Origin: Minisyncoccota bacterium
GTDB lineage: Bacteria > Patescibacteriota > Minisyncoccia > Phycocordibacterales > JAGLPS01
Assembly (NCBI GenBank): GCA_023137185.1
Contig: JAGLPS010000018.1
Span: 1 to 49,740 of the forward strand
Reading direction: 5' to 3'
DNA length: 49,740 nucleotides
Part shown: in pieces, positions 43,526 to 49,740 of the stretch
How positions within the stretch are numbered: the first letter of the stretch is position 1
Layout of the letters: every line of letters starts with the position of its first letter
Position numbers and translations under genes: made by a program
The notes under the pieces: generated by a model
The model's input: only the letters and a program-made list of their open reading frames with translations
What the model was told of the DNA's origin: nothing
The model's database searches: none

Positions 43526-45334
43526 TTATTCCTTTCTGCGTATTTTAGCCCTACTAAGTTCGGTAAGGTATTGTTTGCGTAATCGCACATTTTTTGGAGT
43601 AATTTCCAAATATTCATCTTCCGACATTATTTCCAATCCCCGCTCAATAGTAAGTTTATACGGTGGCACAAGATTGATAGCTTCGTCAGACCCCGCCGCG
43701 CGAATGTTTGTTAGCTGTTTTCCTTTGGTCGGGTTTACCGACATTTCCTCTCCTTTTGCCGTATTGCCAATCACCATTCCTTCGTACACTTCTGTCGCGG
43801 GACCGATGTATAATATGCCGCGTTCTTGCAAATTCCACAGAGAAAAACCGAGCGCCTTGCCTGACACCATAGATATCATTGAACCTACCACCCGTTTTCT
43901 AATTTCTCCCGCGTATGGTTTGAAACCAAAAAAGCGCGAGGAAAGAATCCCCTCTCCTTTGGTATCAATCACAAACTGATTGCGGTACCCCAAAAGTCCC
44001 CGTGTCGGACCTTCGAAGAAAAGACGAATAACTTCTCCATGCGCATTGATATTCTTTATGATAAAACCGCGCATACTTAAACGCTCTATAACAGCGCCCT
44101 GATATTCGGTCGGAGTGTCAACAATAACTTCTTCAAACGGTTCAAGTTTGACTCCGTTTTCTTCGCGAATAATTACTTGCGGTTGAGAAACCTGAAGTTC
44201 ATATCCCTCACGTCGCATATTTTCAAGCAAGATAGCGATGTGAAGTTCCCCGCGTCCAGAAACGGCAAAACTGTCCTGTGAAGAAAAATCAACACGCAAA
44301 CCGACGTTTACCTCAAGTTCAAGCTCTAAGCGTTCTCGTATCTGCCGCGAAGTGACAAATTTTCCGTCCCGCCCTCCAAATGGAGAATTGTTGACAAGAA
44401 AATTAAGTTTTATTGTCGGTTCATCAACGGCAATCGCGGGCAATGGAGTGGCATTCTCGTTTGTGGTAATTGTTTCTCCGATATCAATATCCGGAAGCCC
44501 CGCGATGAGAACAATATCCCCTGCCTCCGCTTTTTCAGCGTCAACTCTCTGCAAACCTTTGAATGTGAAAATTTTTGTGATTTTTCCAGTTCGGGTTTCG
44601 CCATTTGGTTTTTTAACAAATACGTTTCGTCCGGGCAAAACAGTTCCTTCATATACGCGTCCCACGGCAAGCCGCCCCATATAATTGTCATAGCCAAGGT
44701 TGAACGGCTGAAGCATAAGCGGCACGTCGGAAGAAGCCTTTGACGCGGGAGCGACATATTTGAGAATAGTTTCCAAAATCGGAGTCAGGTCTTTCGCCTC
44801 GTCTTCAAGTTTAAGTTTTGCGACACCATCGCGGCCAATGGCGTACACGACGGGAAAATTCGCTTGCTCATTTGACGCGCCAAGTTCAAGGAAAAGTTCT
44901 AACACATGCTCTTCGCAGAGGGCGGGGTTTGCCGCTTGTTTGTCTATTTTATTAATAACGACAATCGGTTTAAGACCAAGCTCAAGAGATTTTTTTAACA
45001 CAAAGCGAGTCTGCGGCATCGGTCCTTCTTGAGCATCAACAACCAAAAGCACGGAATCAATGGAGCGCAATACGCGTTCCACCTCCGAGCCAAAATCGGC
45101 GTGGCCGGGAGTATCAACGATATTTATTTTCGTTACGGGACGTTCGGAGGTTTCCGAGGGATAAAAAATAGCCGCGTTTTTGGCGTAAATGGTAATTCCG
45201 CGCTCTAGTTCCAAATCATTGGAGTCCATTGAGACTCCTTCGGCAACAGCCCCCGTTTGGCGCATCAAAGCATCGGTAAGCGTCGTCTTGCCGTGGTCAA
45301 CGTGGGCTATGATTGCGATGTTGCGAATTTCCAT
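43526..45334 (-). CDS. typA: translational GTPase TypA/BipA
   Basis: [14 protein letters not shown]1 motif, DTPGHADF G3 motif, 602 aa with a BipA-type C-terminal domain. Confidence 0.94.
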   Translation of the reverse strand: MEIRNIAIIAHVDHGKTTLTDALMRQTGAVAEGVSMDSNDLELERGITIYAKNAAIFYPSETSERPVTKINIVDTPGHADFGSEVERVLRSIDSVLLVVDAQEGPMPQTRFVLKKSLELGLKPIVVINKIDKQAANPALCEEHVLELFLELGASNEQANFPVVYAIGRDGVAKLKLEDEAKDLTPILETILKYVAPASKASSDVPLMLQPFNLGYDNYMGRLAVGRVYEGTVLPGRNVFVKKPNGETRTGKITKIFTFKGLQRVDAEKAEAGDIVLIAGLPDIDIGETITTNENATPLPAIAVDEPTIKLNFLVNNSPFGGRDGKFVTSRQIRERLELELEVNVGLRVDFSSQDSFAVSGRGELHIAILLENMRREGYELQVSQPQVIIREENGVKLEPFEEVIVDTPTEYQGAVIERLSMRGFIIKNINAHGEVIRLFFEGPTRGLLGYRNQFVIDTKGEGILSSRFFGFKPYAGEIRKRVVGSMISMVSGKALGFSLWNLQERGILYIGPATEVYEGMVIGNTAKGEEMSVNPTKGKQLTNIRAAGSDEAINLVPPYKLTIERGLEIMSEDEYLEITPKNVRLRKQYLTELSRAKIRRKE

Positions 45335-45350
45335 ATTTTTCTAAATAATA

Positions 45351-45377
45351 AGCCCCCGCCAGCCGCTGGCGGGGGCT
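45351..45377 (-). terminator. GC-rich terminator hairpin
   Basis: AGCCCCCGCCAG-CCG-CTGGCGGGGGCT. Confidence 0.65.
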
Positions 45378-45392
45378 TATTTCGAGAAATCT

Positions 45393-45935
45393 TTATTTCT
45401 TTTTTACCTTAGCGGCTTTCGTTGTAGCTTTTTTTACCAATTTTTTCAAAGTCGTTTTTTCTGTTTCAGTGGACTTTTTTGCGGAAACTGGCGCTTTGGC
45501 GGATGTTTTAACAGGCGCCTTAACACGAGCTGGTTTTTCCACAGCCTTGAGTAGAGTGTCAAGCTTAGTATTTACAAGTTCTAGCTGTTTTTTAAGCTCA
45601 TCAATTCGTCTGTCTCCAGCGCCGGATTGAGAAGAAGGCGCTCGTTCAAAGCTTCTTTTTGAAAAATTGCCTGAAGGAGCATCTCCTTTATTTTTGCTAA
45701 AACAGTCATTGCAGTAGACAGGTTTTGCGCCGGTTGGGCGAAAAGGAACCTCGCAACTCTTGCCGCAATTACTGCAAGTTGTCCTGTGCATTACAGTCGG
45801 TTTATCCCACGACTTGCCTCCTCCTCCGCCTCTATTAAAATTTCCACCACGTCCGGAATCTCTTCCGCCAAATCCGCCACCTCTCCTGTTGCCATCAAAA
45901 CGACCGCCTCCACCTCCTCTGTTAAAATTTCCCAT
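45393..45935 (-). CDS. CxxC-x17-CxxC domain protein with a Gly/Arg-rich N-terminus and a Lys/Ala-rich tail
   Basis: CSNCGKSCEVPFRPTGAKPVYCNDC matches the CxxC-x17-CxxC pattern; RGG-like repeats at the N-terminus. Confidence 0.7.
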   Translation of the reverse strand: MGNFNRGGGGGRFDGNRRGGGFGGRDSGRGGNFNRGGGGGKSWDKPTVMHRTTCSNCGKSCEVPFRPTGAKPVYCNDCFSKNKGDAPSGNFSKRSFERAPSSQSGAGDRRIDELKKQLELVNTKLDTLLKAVEKPARVKAPVKTSAKAPVSAKKSTETEKTTLKKLVKKATTKAAKVKKK

Positions 45936-46038
45936 ATATTATAGTTTTAATTATTAAAGCCATTAAAGAGTCTGCGCTTTTACAGACCAAAAAGCAAAGA
46001 GTACTTGAGTTTTCTGACCATCTAAGCACTTAAAAAAC

Positions 46039-46272
46039 CTATTTTTCTTGACTATAGGATGCAAGCCAGTCCATAAGTTTTTTTCGGTGTTTATCGATAA
46101 TCCAATCGCCTTTTCCCTTAAAAAGTCCAGGATGCGCGACTTTAAATTTCTCGAGAGCGGATAAAGATGCTCGGGGGAAAGTCTCTGGGATATTGCTATT
46201 GTAGTATTGAACAAAAGCTGAAACAGTCGTTCCAATCAAATGAGGGTCTTGTTCGGTACTCTTCTCCTTCAT
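46039..46272 (-). CDS. small hypothetical protein (77 aa)
   Basis: preferred over the overlapping ORF 45963-46235 on composition only. Confidence 0.3.
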   Translation of the reverse strand: MKEKSTEQDPHLIGTTVSAFVQYYNSNIPETFPRASLSALEKFKVAHPGLFKGKGDWIIDKHRKKLMDWLASYSQEK

Positions 46273-46420
46273 TAAGTAACACTAACACAAATATCCCCCA
46301 AAATCAAGGGAATCAGGTAATGTCTAAATACTTCTGACATTTTTGATAAAAATTAGTTCAATTTCATCTTGCAACGCGCCGTAATTACGTTCCCGAAATT
46401 ATCTGAAGGCTCCACTTCCA

Positions 46421-46445
46421 ATTATCGAGGTTCAACCTCGATAAT
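46421..46445. repeat. REP palindrome ATTATCGAGGTTCAACCTCGATAAT
   Basis: perfect copy 5 nt after the stop of paralog A. Confidence 0.9.
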
Positions 46446-46450
46446 TCTCC

Positions 46451-46891
46451 CTACCCCCTCGCGCGTTTGCGCGCTTTGAGAATTCTCACTATTGAAACAA
46501 TCACGAAGATTGAGACGGCTATAATGTAGATAAGCATATCAAACATATCTCCGTACGCTCCGCTGACAACGCCGAGGCTGTTATTTCCTCCGCCCGGATA
46601 CAAAAGATAACCAATGGCCATAGCTGGAACATACCACACTGCGAATTTAAACCAGCTTTGGAATACTTCCTCTTTCATACGGTATGTAATGAGGGAGAAG
46701 AGAAGGATTAGAGGCGATACTAAAAACAGAAATCTAGCTAAAGAGTCAAAAAAATATCTACAGGTTCGCATTGAATGTGTAATTAAATATATTGGAGCGC
46801 ATAATCCAATTTTTTCCGCGCTTGAAAACACAAAGACTAACGCAATTAAACCAATTGAAAGTATTAGAACATTTCTTTTTAAAGACTTCAT
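46451..46891 (-). CDS. small multi-TM membrane protein, paralog A of a tandem family
   Basis: shares the identical blocks ITYRMKEEVFQSWFKFAVWYVPAMAIGYLLYPG and IFVIVSIVRILKARKRARG with 49128-49553. Confidence 0.55.
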   Translation of the reverse strand: MKSLKRNVLILSIGLIALVFVFSSAEKIGLCAPIYLITHSMRTCRYFFDSLARFLFLVSPLILLFSLITYRMKEEVFQSWFKFAVWYVPAMAIGYLLYPGGGNNSLGVVSGAYGDMFDMLIYIIAVSIFVIVSIVRILKARKRARG

Positions 46892-46991
46892 AAATTTAAT
46901 TAATACCTAATAATAACCTCGCCCTTCTCTGTTTCCAAATAAGGAATCACCAAACCGTTTATAATTTCTCTTATTATCGCACTTTTTGAGG

Positions 46992-47016
46992 ATTATCGAG
47001 GTTGAACCTCGATAAT
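46992..47016. repeat. REP palindrome ATTATCGAGGTTGAACCTCGATAAT
   Basis: perfect copy upstream of paralog A, on the flank of the AbiE pair. Confidence 0.9.
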
Positions 47017-47065
47017 CTCTCTTGTGAAACCGATTGAATGTATGTGGTGAAAAGATTGTTCGTAT

Positions 47066-48358
47066 TTATTTTAGTAAATCATCAAAATCGCATCTGATTA
47101 GATCTTCTTTCCGAAGAACAATCTGCTCTTTCTGGTTTAGGTTATCAGCAGTAACACGAACAAGTTTTGTTGTCAGGGTGTCGCCAACAATTTCATAGTT
47201 AATTTTCTTCAAATAGATCTCAATTTTCTCGTAGAACAATGATGCATATTCCTTCTGTTTTTTCTCCGATGTCGACCTGCTGCTAGAACCATTTGTTGAA
47301 AACTCAATGTTGTCACTCACTATATTGTTAATCGGGAATGAAACTTCGATGTCTTTGAAAAGAAACCAGTACTCGCTCAAGTTGCATATAATACGCACGC
47401 GGTTACCCTCTTTTGTACTGTATTCAAAAATAAAGGAGAACACATCGGTGCAAAAATCTTCAAAAACACGCACCCCCTCAAACTTTGACACAGTTCTGAT
47501 TTTATACGAATCGCGTAACTGAAAGAATGTGTCGTGCCAATTTGCGAGCCAGTTTGTGACAAACCGAGAATCAAAAAATAGCGGTGTTAAATCATTTTTT
47601 AGATTTTCCTCGCTTACATTATTCATCTTCACCGCAAGTTTAGTAAATAATGTCCGATAGTCTTTCGCTTCAGCGACATTTTTTGCTTTTAGATAGTCGA
47701 GGTCGGGCACGATTTTCTTGTTCATATACCAGAGCAAATCGTAAATATCACGTCCTTTTTCTTCGTATATAGCTTCTCCCACACCTCGTGTCCCGCGCAA
47801 GAAGATCGCAGCAATTTTACTCGCCATGAGAGAAGAAAGGTTGTATGTTCGAATTACAAACGACAGCTGTCCGTGATTCTGTGGCATTCTCTCTGTCACA
47901 ACGTCGCCGGGTGGAGTAAACGGATTGAGGTCAATTTTCACGTAGATCCATTCGGAAGCGTAGCCCTCTATCAAACTACCAGCTCGGAATTTAAGTGTTA
48001 TACCTCGATTGTTTGTAATAGAGATTTTCAAAAATTCCGAGTCAATACTGTAAACTTTTGCAAAGTGTTTTTCGGCTTCTTCTTTGAGTCCATTGAGAAA
48101 ATCGTTATCAATCTTGTGGCTTACCTCAAAATCCAAGTCTACGGACATACGATCAAGGTCATAGCAAATACGGAGTGCCGAACCGCCATACATTATCCAT
48201 TTGTTGTATTCGGGATGGTGATAGATGAAATCGAGAACATAAAACTGCAACTCTTCTTTAAGAGCATTGAGCCGCGTCTCGGGATCAGTAACGCTAAAGC
48301 CGTAGGCCGAAAGACCGTCAAGGTTGCTTTTCAGGACTGTTAGTATCTGGTCACTCAT
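47066..48358 (-). CDS. nucleotidyltransferase AbiEii/AbiGii-family toxin with a C-terminal extension
   Basis: YGGSALRICYDLDRMSVDLDFEV signature of the DUF1814/AbiEii family; 430 aa. Confidence 0.78.
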   Translation of the reverse strand: MSDQILTVLKSNLDGLSAYGFSVTDPETRLNALKEELQFYVLDFIYHHPEYNKWIMYGGSALRICYDLDRMSVDLDFEVSHKIDNDFLNGLKEEAEKHFAKVYSIDSEFLKISITNNRGITLKFRAGSLIEGYASEWIYVKIDLNPFTPPGDVVTERMPQNHGQLSFVIRTYNLSSLMASKIAAIFLRGTRGVGEAIYEEKGRDIYDLLWYMNKKIVPDLDYLKAKNVAEAKDYRTLFTKLAVKMNNVSEENLKNDLTPLFFDSRFVTNWLANWHDTFFQLRDSYKIRTVSKFEGVRVFEDFCTDVFSFIFEYSTKEGNRVRIICNLSEYWFLFKDIEVSFPINNIVSDNIEFSTNGSSSRSTSEKKQKEYASLFYEKIEIYLKKINYEIVGDTLTTKLVRVTADNLNQKEQIVLRKEDLIRCDFDDLLK

Positions 48359-48969
48359 AAGATGTGTTTTTTAATTTTTTCGTAGAATTTTTCCTGTTCC
48401 TCTTTGTTCATCTCGTCAATATCTATTCGCAATTCTTCAATCATTTTCTTAATCTCATCAACAGATACTCCACGAAACTGATTCGTTCTAAAATATAATA
48501 AATCAAACAACGCTTTTGACGGAAAAGCGATAAAAAAATCAAATTTTCCTTTCACAAGTGAAAAGTCCGAAAAAAATTCTTTTTTTATTGACTGATATGA
48601 AAAGGTTCCAACTTTTGTTTCGTAATCTCTCGTTACCTTCGGCGTGATTGATGTAATTGAACGTATAACTTCTGTTGTAAGGTTATAATATTGAAGCGCA
48701 GCCCAAGAGCTTACATACGATGGAGTACGGAGAATGTTGGCGATATAAAAAGAGTACGAAATATCACTTTTATTTTTCGCAAAAAAATCAGATGAGATAT
48801 ACAAGCCATTTTTAAGCGATAAAATATCCTTGCGCTTCAAAAAACGACTAATATAAGTGTTGACCGTGCCATTTTTGAGCCCAAGCTGACTGCCAAGCTG
48901 ATGTACCATATTCTTATTGAAATGGGGTAAATTATTTAACTGTTCCAACAGGTTTTTCTTGCTTTTCAT
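48355..48969 (-). CDS. AbiEi-family antitoxin-like wHTH protein
   Basis: 4-nt ATGA overlap with the toxin gene; the N-terminal LGLKNGTVNTYISRFLKRKDILSLKNGLY resembles the AbiEi wHTH. The ATG at 48969 is preferred to the ORF start at 49092. Confidence 0.65.
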   Translation of the reverse strand: MKSKKNLLEQLNNLPHFNKNMVHQLGSQLGLKNGTVNTYISRFLKRKDILSLKNGLYISSDFFAKNKSDISYSFYIANILRTPSYVSSWAALQYYNLTTEVIRSITSITPKVTRDYETKVGTFSYQSIKKEFFSDFSLVKGKFDFFIAFPSKALFDLLYFRTNQFRGVSVDEIKKMIEELRIDIDEMNKEEQEKFYEKIKKHIL

Positions 48970-49070
48970 AAATATAACAATAGTGTACCAAAAGTGAAAT
49001 ACACTGTCAACACCCCCGCCGCCGCCTTTCGGCAGTCTTGCACTTAAGACTTCGCGTAGGCTGTGTTGTA

Positions 49071-49092
49071 CTTGAAAGCTATAAGCTTCCAA
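49071..49092. repeat. degenerate TTGGAAGC-type hairpin
   Basis: CTTGAAAGCT-ATA-AGCTTCCAAG followed by further TTCCAA words. Confidence 0.5.
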
Positions 49093-49127
49093 GTTACTTC
49101 CAAATTGACTCCAAGTGGCAAAACCCG

Positions 49128-49553
49128 CTACCCTCTCGCGCGCTTACGCGCTTTGAGAATTCTCACTATTGAAACAATCACGAAGATTGAAATGACAAAA
49201 GTATAGAGCATAAGGTTAAACGTATCCGCATATGTCCCCCCAACACCAAAGCTATGACTTGGTCCGCGTCCCGGATACAGAAGATAACCAATTGCCATAG
49301 CTGGAACATACCACACCGCGAATTTAAACCAGCTTTGGAATACTTCCTCTTTCATACGGTATGTAATGAGGGAGAAGGGCAGTAAAGTAATCAAAAGAAT
49401 AAAAAGAACATTTTCTACAGTGTCAGACGCCGGTATAAAACATCCCATATCTAAAAATTGGCGGCAAAACCCTAATTCCTCCATCGCCAAAAGAAGCACC
49501 GCGAGCAATACAATACCAAAAAAAAGAACAGCTTTTTTTATTGATAACTTCAT
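49128..49553 (-). CDS. small multi-TM membrane protein, paralog B
   Basis: mosaic identity with paralog A; upstream region also conserved. Confidence 0.55.
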   Translation of the reverse strand: MKLSIKKAVLFFGIVLLAVLLLAMEELGFCRQFLDMGCFIPASDTVENVLFILLITLLPFSLITYRMKEEVFQSWFKFAVWYVPAMAIGYLLYPGRGPSHSFGVGGTYADTFNLMLYTFVISIFVIVSIVRILKARKRARG

Positions 49554-49654
49554 AAAAAATTTTTAATACCTGATAATAACCTCGCCTTTTTCTGTTTCCA
49601 AATAGGGAATCACCAAACCGTCTACAGTTTCTCTTATTATCGCACCTTTTGAGG

Positions 49655-49679
49655 ATTATCGAGGTTGAACCTCGATAAT
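49655..49679. repeat. REP palindrome ATTATCGAGGTTGAACCTCGATAAT
   Basis: perfect copy upstream of paralog B. Confidence 0.9.
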
Positions 49680-49708
49680 TTGACTCGACAAAAGAAACCT
49701 CTGCCCCT

Positions 49709-49740
49709 TTACCCCCTCGCGCGTTTGCGCGCTTTGAGAA
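49709..49740 (-). CDS. 3' end of a third paralog (partial, runs off the window)
   Basis: encodes ...LKARKRARG-stop with the same nucleotide string as 46451-46480. Confidence 0.45.
   Translation of the reverse strand, partial: LKARKRARG

Noticed and set aside
674-49740. Alternative genetic code (UGA recoding as in some CPR lineages)
   Set aside because: Well-supported genes terminate at TGA as well as TAA/TAG at the expected lengths, and no conserved domain requires read-through.

Overview
AT-rich bacterial chromosome segment with about 54 protein genes, nearly all on the minus strand, read with the standard genetic code. The gene content includes compact alaS, leuS, mnmA, mltG, ychF, typA, ddl, tsaC, a type IV pilin, a MacAB-like ABC exporter, DUF5671-like and sigma-region-4/HARE-HTH proteins and a CxxC-x17-CxxC protein. 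This resembles a small-genome Patescibacteria/CPR (Parcubacteria-like) organism, which is an inference. There are four intact tRNA genes: Ala-GGC, Ala-CGC, Pro-CGG and Ala-UGC. Accessory content is a RAYT (REP-associated tyrosine transposase) with 8 copies of its 25-nt REP palindrome, an AbiEi/AbiEii toxin-antitoxin pair inserted in a tandem array of small membrane-protein paralogs, and two paralogous orphan histidine kinases bracketing a tRNA islet. The most unusual signals are non-coding. (1) A second tRNA-Ala(UGC) gene is cut into five pieces by four insertions in or at the D, anticodon and T loops. The intact tRNA-Ala(UGC) is nested inside the anticodon-loop insertion, and two ~70-nt structured elements sit at G18/G19 and U55/C56. 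(2) tRNA 3' fragments lie downstream of the other tRNAs, one breaking at the same 55/56 junction. (3) A composite intergenic repeat family combines a TTTGGACAC hairpin, an ATTACACCACA box and a TTGGAAGC hairpin. (4) About 135-nt inverted-repeat elements bracket the pilin/FKBP and LOG genes. (5) A perfectly phased 17-unit heptad NNNGTTA array fills the spacer between two permease genes. No CRISPR array, rRNA or prophage was seen. All calls come from reading the sequence and ORF translations; no database search was run.
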